Below the pieces are notes generated by a model. That model was given only the letters and a program-made list of their open reading frames with translations, had not been told where the DNA came from and made no database searches. DNA of 64,000 nt, taken from assembly GCA_964405655.1 (NCBI GenBank), contig CAYOOO010000003.1:11758-75757 (forward strand). Reading direction: 5' to 3'. This DNA is from an uncultured Gammaproteobacteria bacterium (lineage in GTDB: Bacteria; Patescibacteriota; Microgenomatia; Daviesbacterales; UBA10151). Below are positions 28,657 to 37,190 of this stretch, one piece after another. A program made the translations under genes and the position numbers. How positions within the stretch are numbered: position 1 is the stretch's first letter; every line of letters begins with the position of its first letter.

Positions 28657-29661
28657 ATGGACCTACCAAATTTAAAAAAAGATATTCTTTTCTCAAGCTT
28701 AACAACCTTAAAAATTGGTGGCCCAATTAAATATTTTCTCGAAGTAAATTCAGAACAAGAACTAACTGAAGCTGTAAAATGGGCTAAAGAGAAAAACATC
28801 CCCTTTTTAATAATAGGTTCAGGTAGTAATTTATTGGTGTCTGATCAAGGTTTTAAAGGGCTGGTCATAAAAAATACTATTTCAGGGATTAGTGATCAAA
28901 GGAGTGAGCAATCCTTCTCGCCCACACAAACGAGTGCAGGAGGACAAAAACGGTTACGAGCGACTCATCTAGTAAAAGCTCAAACAGGAACAGATCTTCA
29001 AGAATTAGTTAATTACACAATTTCTCAAGGCTTGGGAGGGCTTGAGAGGCTAACTGGTGTTCCTGGAACAGTTGGTGGAGCAATCTTTGGTAATGCTGGA
29101 GCATACGGCCAAACAATTAGTGATTTTTTAGGACAGGTTAGCTGTTTAGACCCCGAAACTTTAAAAACTATTTCACTATCTAAAAAGGAGTGTCAGTTTG
29201 GCTATAGAGCTAGTGGTTTTAGGAAAAATAAGTTAATTATCCTTGAAGTAACTTTTGAGCTAATTAAAGCTGACCAAAATCAGCTTAAAAAAGAGGCTAA
29301 GGAAGTTTTGGAAAAAAGGATTAAAAAATATAAACCAGGTGTACTTTGTCCGGGTAGTTTTTTTAAAAATATCCTAATGAAAAATATTCCAAAACAAACA
29401 AAAAAGTTAATCCCCAAAGAAAGGGATTACTTTGGGAAAGTACCAGCTTGGTTTTTTCTAGATGAAGTTGGGGCCAAAGGAGACAGGTTAGGACAGATTG
29501 AGATAGCAGATTTTCATGGTAATCTATTTATCAATTTAGGAAAAGGGGGAGCTTCGGATTTTTATAATCTGGCTAAAAAATACTACCAAAAAGTCAAAGA
29601 AAAGTTTGGAATTGAACTTGAACCTGAAGTTCAACTGATTAACTTGCCTACTATAAAGTAA
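28657..29661 (+). CDS. murB: UDP-N-acetylenolpyruvoylglucosamine reductase
   Basis: TTLKIGG, IGSGSNLL, GVPGTVGGA..GNAGAYG, FGYR, GSFFKN and LEPEV motifs. Confidence 0.96.
   Translation: MDLPNLKKDILFSSLTTLKIGGPIKYFLEVNSEQELTEAVKWAKEKNIPFLIIGSGSNLLVSDQGFKGLVIKNTISGISDQRSEQSFSPTQTSAGGQKRLRATHLVKAQTGTDLQELVNYTISQGLGGLERLTGVPGTVGGAIFGNAGAYGQTISDFLGQVSCLDPETLKTISLSKKECQFGYRASGFRKNKLIILEVTFELIKADQNQLKKEAKEVLEKRIKKYKPGVLCPGSFFKNILMKNIPKQTKKLIPKERDYFGKVPAWFFLDEVGAKGDRLGQIEIADFHGNLFINLGKGGASDFYNLAKKYYQKVKEKFGIELEPEVQLINLPTIK
28902..28966. repeat. Hairpin-like in-frame insertion in murB
   Basis: GAGT...ACTC ends with an inner TCCTTCT/AGGAGGA stem; encodes about 22 extra residues (RSEQSFSPTQTSAGGQKRLRAT). 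Confidence 0.55.
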
Positions 29662-29685
29662 AGTAATCTGCTAAACTATGCCGTT

Positions 29686-30033
29686 ATGAAAGAATCTAAA
29701 GGATTCATCATTGGAGAAGACACCCCGTACTCACCCGAAGAGAGAGTTGGTCCAGAACTTTCTTATGGTGATCCAAGTTATATTTATAGAAAACCATCAT
29801 CGTCTGACAGACTGAATGGGTTAGCAAATCATCTCACTGATTTTCTAGATGACCCGATAATAGTTAGGGCTGTGACAAGATTTTCAGATGATCTGATCCA
29901 AATTTACCAAGCTATGGATCCAGAAAATAAAGCAGGTGTTTTAAGAAATCACCTTGATCAACTTCCACCTAGACAATTTAAGAGAGCCCAAAGTTTAATG
30001 GAACAAAAAATTACAGAAAGAATCATAAGATGA
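29686..30033 (+). CDS. Hypothetical protein
   Basis: 115-aa ORF filling the gap, with TAAACT just upstream of the ATG. Confidence 0.6.
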   Translation: MKESKGFIIGEDTPYSPEERVGPELSYGDPSYIYRKPSSSDRLNGLANHLTDFLDDPIIVRAVTRFSDDLIQIYQAMDPENKAGVLRNHLDQLPPRQFKRAQSLMEQKITERIIR

Positions 30034-30054
30034 TTAATAGCGAGAGGGGCTTAA

Positions 30055-30621
30055 TTATGTCTCTTTTACAATCTCTTGAGAAACTTCTTCTAGGTTAGTT
30101 ATGCTCTCAGTCTCATCCACAGGTCCAGAAAAATGCCCCATCTGATGTTTAACAATTAACTTTGCTCCTAACTGGTCTTTAAAAATATCTCCATACTTTA
30201 AAGAAACAAAAGGATCATTATCAGAGTGAATTGCTATAAACTTATTAGCTTTTTTTCTAATCTTTTCAAAATCAATTGGCTTTTCAAAAAAGTTTTTAAG
30301 CTCCTCATAACCTAAATCATCTGTAAAACCAGCTACTAAAATAACCTTATCCACTCTTTGATTATCTTCTAAAGTCTCTAAGTATCTTAAGATAGTAATA
30401 CAGCCTGAACTGTGGCCTACTAAAGATAAGTCTTCATCAGTTTGACCAATCACCTCTCTTAATTTAGGCAGCCATAAAGACAGTCTTGGTAAGTTAGTTT
30501 CTGGCATTTGAGGAATTATAACCTCAAAATTTTTCTCCTCTAACTCTTTTTTAGTTTGAGGATACCAACAGTACTCAGGGTAACCATCCCAACAATGAAC
30601 AATCACTACTCTCTTATTCAT
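30055..30621 (-). CDS. RBBP9/YdeN-family alpha/beta hydrolase
   Basis: IVHCW, WYP, VGHSSG nucleophile elbow, HSDNDPFV and GHF. Confidence 0.9.
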   Translation of the reverse strand: MNKRVVIVHCWDGYPEYCWYPQTKKELEEKNFEVIIPQMPETNLPRLSLWLPKLREVIGQTDEDLSLVGHSSGCITILRYLETLEDNQRVDKVILVAGFTDDLGYEELKNFFEKPIDFEKIRKKANKFIAIHSDNDPFVSLKYGDIFKDQLGAKLIVKHQMGHFSGPVDETESITNLEEVSQEIVKET

Positions 30622-31036
30622 CTAATTTGTGAGCTTCATTAAAACCTTCTTCGTCAAATTTGGTCGAAAAGAAAGCATCGATAATTTCCTTAGCCAAGTC
30701 GGACGAGGTAAATCTTAAACTTAAAACTAACACATTAGCATTATCCCACTTCCTGGCTAATCTGGCTGTCTGGGCATCCCAACACAAAGCAGCTCTGATT
30801 CCTTTGAACCTATTTGCAGCCATAGCTATTCCAGTTCCACTGAAGCAAAACAATATCCCCTGCTTCGCCTCCCCTTTTAAGATTTTTTTAGCTGATTGTT
30901 GACCAATTTCTACCCAATGATCATTCTTTTCTTTTAAAGCACCAATTAAAATTGTTTGATGACCTTTTTTTCTTAAATATTTAATCACTTCATCCGTTAG
31001 ATAAGTCTTTTCATCTGAAGCAACTACTAGTTTCAT
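30614..31036 (-). CDS. rpiB: RpiB/LacA/LacB family sugar-phosphate isomerase
   Basis: GILFCFSGTGIAMAANRFKGIRAAL and ARKWDNANVL. Confidence 0.88.
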   Translation of the reverse strand: MKLVVASDEKTYLTDEVIKYLRKKGHQTILIGALKEKNDHWVEIGQQSAKKILKGEAKQGILFCFSGTGIAMAANRFKGIRAALCWDAQTARLARKWDNANVLVLSLRFTSSDLAKEIIDAFFSTKFDEEGFNEAHKLDE

Positions 31037-31093
31037 ACTATTTTAGGAGGAGAATAGATAATTTCTGGTTTTTTGTAAATAGTCTTTGATTTT

Positions 31094-32410
31094 TTAGCGA
31101 TCTGCAGAAGGATTGGGCGAACTTATACCGTAAGTTTTATAGATCTGATCAATACCTTTATCCACAGTCTCAACCACTGAAATTGCATCCGAACCTTTCA
31201 ATATTGAGTTAATAGCATCTTCAAAATACTTACTCATTTCATCATTGATCCCCTGATCAAAGGTTCTGGATGAAAGATACCAGGATTTATAGGTTGGGGC
31301 TTGAATAACAAAAGCGCCAACAATTGGATCTGAGGCAATTTCCTTTTGCAGTTCAACTCTGGAGTAAGGCAGACCAAATAACCTGACTTTAGAGGCTTCT
31401 TGATAAAGTTTTTTTTGCTGCTCAGCTGAGGTTAAAAACTTAATAAACTCCCATGCCTCAGTTGAATTAGTAGACTTAGAAGAGACTGCATAAGCCCAAA
31501 AAGTACCCCAAGTGATATTTTTCCCAGGCAGCTGTGGCACTGGGGCGGTTTTAAAGTTAAGGTTTTGACTGGAAGTAAATTGTTGGGCTCTCCAAGAAGG
31601 ACCAAAGTAGAAAGCTAGCTTTCCCTCACTAAAAGCTTGAGTTGATGATGGCATTGTCTGATCCCAAACTTTTTTAGCTGGATCAGTCACAAACTCGCTA
31701 TAAAACTTTAATACTTCGGCCTTAGACTGATCATCAAGCGTATCAATTTTACCAGCAGATTGTTGCATCAGTAAAAGCCCGACAATATCTTGCCAGTGAT
31801 CAACATTTGAGGTAGTCCCTAAAGCTGCACCAGCTGTTTGAATGTTACCCTTTGAATCAGCGACTGTAGTTTTAACAGCTGCTGACACAAACTGATCCCA
31901 GGTTTGAGGTACATCAACCCCAGCAGCCTTTAAAATATCTTCGTTATAGTAAAGCGCTAAACCATCAATTCCTCTGGGCATAGCATAGATCTTGCTATCT
32001 TTGGAAAGAGTTTGAATAGCCACTGGATAAAAAGCTTTTGAGTAGTCTGTATTGCTCATTATCTCATTTGGTAAAGGTGCCAGCAGGTTACTATTTAAAA
32101 ACATTGGTAACCAGCTGTTATGAATCGCAAAGACATCAACTTGTTCATTTCCAGTGATAAAGGTCTGAATTCTAGTTCGGTAGTTGTCGATATTCTGGAA
32201 GTTGTATTTAATATGGACCTTTGGTTTAACTTTCTGATAATCCTCAATCGCCGGTTTTATTAAATCTTCTTCTTCCCAAAGACCGTAAATTACTAAATTA
32301 ACATCTTTAACCTCAGCTGGTTGTTTTTTAAATAGAGAGGGGGAAAATCTCCAAAATAGATAGCCTAAAATAACAGCCAAAGCTAAAACTACAATAATAA
32401 TCAAACGCAT
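31094..32410 (-). CDS. Extracellular solute-binding protein (sugar ABC type), TM-anchored
   Basis: IYAMP..IDGLALYYNEDIL, PQTWDQF, AFSEGKLAFYF and AWEFIKFL. Confidence 0.88.
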   Translation of the reverse strand: MRLIIIVVLALAVILGYLFWRFSPSLFKKQPAEVKDVNLVIYGLWEEEDLIKPAIEDYQKVKPKVHIKYNFQNIDNYRTRIQTFITGNEQVDVFAIHNSWLPMFLNSNLLAPLPNEIMSNTDYSKAFYPVAIQTLSKDSKIYAMPRGIDGLALYYNEDILKAAGVDVPQTWDQFVSAAVKTTVADSKGNIQTAGAALGTTSNVDHWQDIVGLLLMQQSAGKIDTLDDQSKAEVLKFYSEFVTDPAKKVWDQTMPSSTQAFSEGKLAFYFGPSWRAQQFTSSQNLNFKTAPVPQLPGKNITWGTFWAYAVSSKSTNSTEAWEFIKFLTSAEQQKKLYQEASKVRLFGLPYSRVELQKEIASDPIVGAFVIQAPTYKSWYLSSRTFDQGINDEMSKYFEDAINSILKGSDAISVVETVDKGIDQIYKTYGISSPNPSADR

Positions 32411-32477
32411 TAGATAAATTATATCCTAAAGACTGCTAGTCTTGCCTAAGAGAGCGTTGCCAGTTAAAATTACTGCT

Positions 32478-34313
32478 ATGGCTGAAAAGAAAGTCAAAAA
32501 GATTCCACTAGCAACTAACACTAGTTTTGTTATTTTACTGTTAAGGCGTTTTTTAATGCTGGGGTCAATTATTTTAACTATACTTTTTTTAATTATTGTT
32601 GGTTTTTGGTTGCTATTTTTAAACAGAATCTATCCAGCTGTTTATGTGGCTAACCTTAACTTATCCGGTAAGAGACTGGAACAGGCTGAACAAGAGCTTA
32701 AATCCACACTCCAAGTCAGACTTAACCAATCTCTTCAATTTGAGTTTCAAGAAGCTTCTATCTCCTCCCGCTTTGTGGTTAATCTATCATCAAACCAATC
32801 AAATCTTAAAATCCATCAGGCTGTTTTAGATGCATATCAGTTAGGGCATAAAAGATTTTACTTACCACCTGAGCGGATCAGTGTTGACTTGGTGTTTGAT
32901 CAAGAGAGTGAAAAACAGATTGATGAGATCGCTCAACTAGTTGATCAGAAAGCAATTGATGCTCAAATAAAAATTGTTGATGATAGTATCAATGTCACTG
33001 CTTCTCAGGAAGGTATGGTGTTAGATAGACAACTTTTAAAGGTGCAGCTTGCTGACTATGTTAACACAGGTAAACTATTAAATAACCGACTACCTATCAA
33101 GAAAGTCTCTCCTAAGCTAGGGTACGAAACAGCCTTAAAAATTAAAAAAAGACTTGATGCTATTAAACTTGAGCCGTTAAAGCTTACTTTTGGGGACCAA
33201 ACATTTATATTGGATTTAGATCGTCTTCTTTCTCTAATAGATTTGGAAAATACCGAAAGTTTTTTTGTTAGTGCTAACTTACTTGATCAAAAAGTTAATA
33301 TCTCTTCTGTTTCAGTTGGACAGACTGAACTGGCTGACACTAAACTAACTTTGCAAAAAGATCAAATTAAAAACTACCTCAAGGAGATTTCAAAACAGAT
33401 TGATAGACCAGTTGAGGAACCGCTCTTTTCTTTTGATGGCAGTCGGGTGATTGAGTTTAAACCGCCTCAAGAGGGTTATAGTTTGGATATTAACAAAGCT
33501 ACTGACAGATTAACCAATGCTCTTTTGAGTCATGATCAAAAAATTGTTAATCTACCTGTAGCTGTAATCTCACCTAAAAATAAACTGACCAATGAACTTG
33601 GTATTAAAGAGTTGATTGGTAGAGGAATTTCTAACTTCTCTGGGTCAATTGAGAATCGTATCTATAATATTAAATTAGGAGCTTCTAAAATCAACGGTCT
33701 TTTGGTTGGACCAGGAGAAGAGTTTTCGTTCAATAAAGCAGTCGGTGATATTTCAGCCAGCACTGGTTTTAAACAAGCTTATGTTATTAAATCAGGCCGA
33801 ACTGTCTTAGATGACGGTGGAGGAATCTGTCAAGTTTCAACTACCCTATTTAGAGCAGTCTTAAATTCGGGTCTACCGGTAACTGCTAGAACTGCTCATG
33901 CTTATCGAGTTGGTTATTATGAACTGGGTTTTCCACCAGGACTTGATGCAACTATTTTCTACCCATCTGTTGATTTTAAATTTAAAAACGACACCACCTC
34001 CCATATTTTAATCCAAGCCTATGTTGTTGGAACCTCTCTGTATGTAGACTTTTACGGAACCTTGGATGGTAGAGTTGTTAATATTTCCACCCCAGTAGTG
34101 ACAAACCAAACTCCTCCACCACCTGAGCTCAGACAAGATGACCCAACTTTACCTAAGGGAACAGTTAAACAGGTGGACTGGGCAGCTTGGGGAGCTAATG
34201 TTGTATTTATCAGAACTGTTACTAAGGCAGGCCAATTATTAAGTAAGGATACTTTCAGATCTAACTTTCGCCCTTGGCAAGCTGTTTTTCTAGTAGGGAC
34301 TAAGGAGAATTAA
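32478..34313 (+). CDS. VanW-family protein with PG-binding-like repeats
   Basis: FSFNKAVG, GGGICQVSTTLFRA, R.AHAY, GLDAT and DFKFKND. ATG at 32478 follows TTGCCT-17-TAAAAT. Confidence 0.9.
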   Translation: MAEKKVKKIPLATNTSFVILLLRRFLMLGSIILTILFLIIVGFWLLFLNRIYPAVYVANLNLSGKRLEQAEQELKSTLQVRLNQSLQFEFQEASISSRFVVNLSSNQSNLKIHQAVLDAYQLGHKRFYLPPERISVDLVFDQESEKQIDEIAQLVDQKAIDAQIKIVDDSINVTASQEGMVLDRQLLKVQLADYVNTGKLLNNRLPIKKVSPKLGYETALKIKKRLDAIKLEPLKLTFGDQTFILDLDRLLSLIDLENTESFFVSANLLDQKVNISSVSVGQTELADTKLTLQKDQIKNYLKEISKQIDRPVEEPLFSFDGSRVIEFKPPQEGYSLDINKATDRLTNALLSHDQKIVNLPVAVISPKNKLTNELGIKELIGRGISNFSGSIENRIYNIKLGASKINGLLVGPGEEFSFNKAVGDISASTGFKQAYVIKSGRTVLDDGGGICQVSTTLFRAVLNSGLPVTARTAHAYRVGYYELGFPPGLDATIFYPSVDFKFKNDTTSHILIQAYVVGTSLYVDFYGTLDGRVVNISTPVVTNQTPPPPELRQDDPTLPKGTVKQVDWAAWGANVVFIRTVTKAGQLLSKDTFRSNFRPWQAVFLVGTKEN

Positions 34314-34360
34314 TCAGATTAACCAATAATATGAGTTTTTAAGTTAAATTAACAATAATT

Positions 34361-34930
34361 ATGAGGTTTTTTATTGCTTTGGAGTTATCTGAAACCAATC
34401 GCGAGCAGCTGTTAGTTGTTCAACAACAGCTCAAAGCAGTTATTCCAGAAGCTAAACTGACAGATAATGACAAACTCCATCTGACTATTGCTTTTATTGG
34501 TGAACAAGATGAAAAGCTGAAAGAACCATTAGCTAAGATTATGAAACAGGCTGCCAGCGGGATTTCTCCTTTTGAAGTCACCCCTTCATACATCGATGGC
34601 TTTCCTCACTTCCACACTGCCAATATTATTTGGGTTGGAGTTAAAGATGACATCGACAAACTCTACCTGTTAAGACATAGAATCAAAGACCAGCTGACAG
34701 AACTGAATCTTGAGGTAGACGAAAGACGTTATGTGCCTCATATTGCAATTGCTAAGGTTGCAAACCTTCACTTGACTAAGTCTCAGGAGAATCAGCTAAC
34801 TGTAATCATGTCTAGAGACTTTGATCCTATTGAGGTTTCTGCAGTCAAACTTTTTGAGTCTATACCCAACCATGGTTTCCATCAACACAATACCCTAGCA
34901 GAAATTCCTTTAGCAGTTCAAAATCAATAA
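34361..34930 (+). CDS. thpR: RNA 2',3'-cyclic phosphodiesterase (2H family)
   Basis: MRFFIAL, LHLTIAFIG and YVPHIAIAK (second HxT degenerate as HIA). Confidence 0.88.
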   Translation: MRFFIALELSETNREQLLVVQQQLKAVIPEAKLTDNDKLHLTIAFIGEQDEKLKEPLAKIMKQAASGISPFEVTPSYIDGFPHFHTANIIWVGVKDDIDKLYLLRHRIKDQLTELNLEVDERRYVPHIAIAKVANLHLTKSQENQLTVIMSRDFDPIEVSAVKLFESIPNHGFHQHNTLAEIPLAVQNQ

Positions 34931-34935
34931 CTAAA

Positions 34936-35970
34936 ATGGCATCCCACAAAACCATTATCCTGGGAATAGAAACCAGCTGTGATGAAACAGCTTCAGCCAT
35001 CTTATTAAAACAAAACGATAGAATAAATCTTGTGTCCAATATCGTGGCTTCGTCTTCTCATATTCAAGCCAAGTATGGAGGGATCATTCCTGAACAGGCT
35101 GCCAGAGAACAGGTTAAAGCTATTATCCCTGTTATTAAAGAAGCTTTAGAACAAGCAGAGCTGGACCCAGAAGATTTAGATGCACTAGCTGTCACTCAAG
35201 GCCCTGGGTTAATAGGTTCTCTATTGGTAGGGGTGGAGACAGCTAAAACCTTATCCCTAGTTTGGAATAAACCCTTGATTCCTGTAAATCATTTAATTGG
35301 CCATTTTTATGCCAATTGGATTGATTCTAATCCAAGCTTTCCTTGTATTGGTTTACTTGCCTCTGGTGGACATACTGATTTAGTTTTATTTGAAAGTCAT
35401 GGTAAATTTAAATACTTAGGCGGAACCAGAGATGATGCTGCTGGTGAATGTTTTGATAAGTGCGCTAGAATATTAAGCTTACCTTACCCAGGAGGCCCGC
35501 AAATTAGCAAACTTGCTCAAAAAGGAGATCCTAAGTCCTATAGTTTACCAAGACCAATGATTAACTCCCGCAATTTTGATTTCTCTTATTCTGGTTTAAA
35601 AACAGCAGTTTTAAACTTAGTAAAAAGCATGGCAAAGTCTGAATTAGTCAAAGCAGACGAGCTTAGCCATCTTTGTGCCTCAATCGAACAAGCTATTATT
35701 GATCCACTAATTAGCAAGACTATTCAGGCTGCCAAAAGATTTAATATTAATCAAATTATTATGGCTGGAGGTGTAGCAGCCAATCAAAAACTCAGAGTAG
35801 AGCTTGAGAAAAATTGTCAGTTATCAATTAACAATTATCAATTATCTATCCCTCCTCCCTATCTTTGTACAGATAATGCTGCTATGATTGCCTCAGCTGC
35901 CTTCTTTACAGATAAAACTATTGATCCTTTAAAATTGCAGGCAGATCCAAATCTGTCTCTAGCGTATTAA
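34936..35970 (+). CDS. tsaD: tRNA N6-adenosine threonylcarbamoyltransferase
   Basis: GIETSCDET, GPGL, NHLIGH, SGGHT, DDAAGE.FDK, FSYSGLKT and CTDNAAMI. Confidence 0.97.
   Translation: MASHKTIILGIETSCDETASAILLKQNDRINLVSNIVASSSHIQAKYGGIIPEQAAREQVKAIIPVIKEALEQAELDPEDLDALAVTQGPGLIGSLLVGVETAKTLSLVWNKPLIPVNHLIGHFYANWIDSNPSFPCIGLLASGGHTDLVLFESHGKFKYLGGTRDDAAGECFDKCARILSLPYPGGPQISKLAQKGDPKSYSLPRPMINSRNFDFSYSGLKTAVLNLVKSMAKSELVKADELSHLCASIEQAIIDPLISKTIQAAKRFNINQIIMAGGVAANQKLRVELEKNCQLSINNYQLSIPPPYLCTDNAAMIASAAFFTDKTIDPLKLQADPNLSLAY
35812..35846 (+). repeat. Five imperfect tandem heptamers (AATTATC) inside tsaD
   Basis: AATTGTC AGTTATC AATTAAC AATTATC AATTATC, encoding NCQLSINNYQLS. Confidence 0.75.
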
Positions 35971-35973
35971 AGT

Positions 35974-36378
35974 ATGGAGAGAAAGAACCATTCTGTATTT
36001 ACTGAAACTTATGCAGGATACTCTTTAAAAAGAAGTCTAGAGTCAACAACTAACAATCAAGCTATTGATTTTCAAACTACTGCTTTATGGACAGATATTA
36101 GAAATCATCTACCTGATCAACCCAGCTCTTTTGTCTTCTCCCCCCAAACTATTAAAAGAGCAGGCTACCAAGCTATAGTTGTCAGGAATGCTGGGAGAGA
36201 AACTACCTTTGAATTAACCAAACTCACCTCAATTATTTCTGATCAACAAAGGCGAACAATTACTTTTTTCTGGTCAGATGAAAATCATGATGTTCTAAAA
36301 TCTACTTACTGCCTAGATAAAATTGACAAGTTAACCTTGCAAAGATCCCCTCTAGAAACTAGGATTAAACACGCCTAA
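35974..36378 (+). CDS. Hypothetical protein
   Basis: 134-aa ORF tightly packed between tsaD and the sigma factor. Confidence 0.6.
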   Translation: MERKNHSVFTETYAGYSLKRSLESTTNNQAIDFQTTALWTDIRNHLPDQPSSFVFSPQTIKRAGYQAIVVRNAGRETTFELTKLTSIISDQQRRTITFFWSDENHDVLKSTYCLDKIDKLTLQRSPLETRIKHA

Positions 36379-36388
36379 ATTCTAAATT

Positions 36389-36964
36389 ATGTCTCTAAGA
36401 GAAATCGTTGATGAAACAGTAGTGGCAAATGCCAAAGCAGGAGATGAACAAGCCTGGAATGGTCTTTATCGACAGACTCATGCCCGAGTTACATGGATGG
36501 CTTATTACTGGTTAAGAGATTTTCAAAAAGCTGAGGATACTGCTCAAGAAGTATTTTGGAGGGTACACCGCGAATTTTCTGCTTATCGACCAGGAACTAA
36601 TTTTACTGCCTGGTTATTTTTCCTTACCCGCTATACATTGATGGACCAGAGAAAAAAACCTGAATCAAAATTGGTCGAGCATTCTTTAGACGAGGTTGAT
36701 AGCTATAGTCATCCTAAAATTGATCATGTTGCTTATTACGCAGGTTTTGAAGATGCAGTCGTAACTAAACAACTACTGGCTAATGCCTTGGGCAACTTAA
36801 CTCCTGACTTTCGTAATCCTCTACTTCTTCAAATGGAGGGTTTTTCTTATCAGGAGATTGCTGGACAGTTAGGCATCCCCGCTGGTACTGTTAAATCCAG
36901 AATTAACAGAGGGTTGGATAAAATAAGACAGGACCCAATGGTTCAGCAACTAAAATCAGGTTAG
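36389..36964 (+). CDS. ECF sigma-70 factor (RpoE/SigW-like)
   Basis: AEDTAQEVF and FTAWL (region 2); EGFSYQEIA..LGIPAGTVKSRINR (region 4). Confidence 0.92.
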   Translation: MSLREIVDETVVANAKAGDEQAWNGLYRQTHARVTWMAYYWLRDFQKAEDTAQEVFWRVHREFSAYRPGTNFTAWLFFLTRYTLMDQRKKPESKLVEHSLDEVDSYSHPKIDHVAYYAGFEDAVVTKQLLANALGNLTPDFRNPLLLQMEGFSYQEIAGQLGIPAGTVKSRINRGLDKIRQDPMVQQLKSG

Positions 36965-36999
36965 AAACTTGATTTTTGATTTATTTTGCTTATACTTGT

Positions 37000-37181
37000 A
37001 AAAACTTAGGGGTTAACGTCACCTGAGTAAATTGGAAGAAGAAATCCAGATTTGGAAATTAGATCTTCCCGCAGGACCTGCGCAAAACAAACCATGAGAA
37101 TAAAGTTTGGGTGGTACCACGGCTTGTCCGCTAGAATATAAGCTCGTCCCAAGAATATAATATAAGGGAGGAGCTTTTTTA
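37000..37181 (+). promoter_or_regulatory. T-box riboswitch leader of valS
   Basis: AAGTTTGGGTGGTACCACGG...CTCGTCCC antiterminator, then a terminator AGCTCGTCCC..GGGAGGAGC-T6; GTA (Val) triplet near 37027; TATACT -10 at 36991. Confidence 0.85.
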
Positions 37182-37190
37182 TATCTTAAG

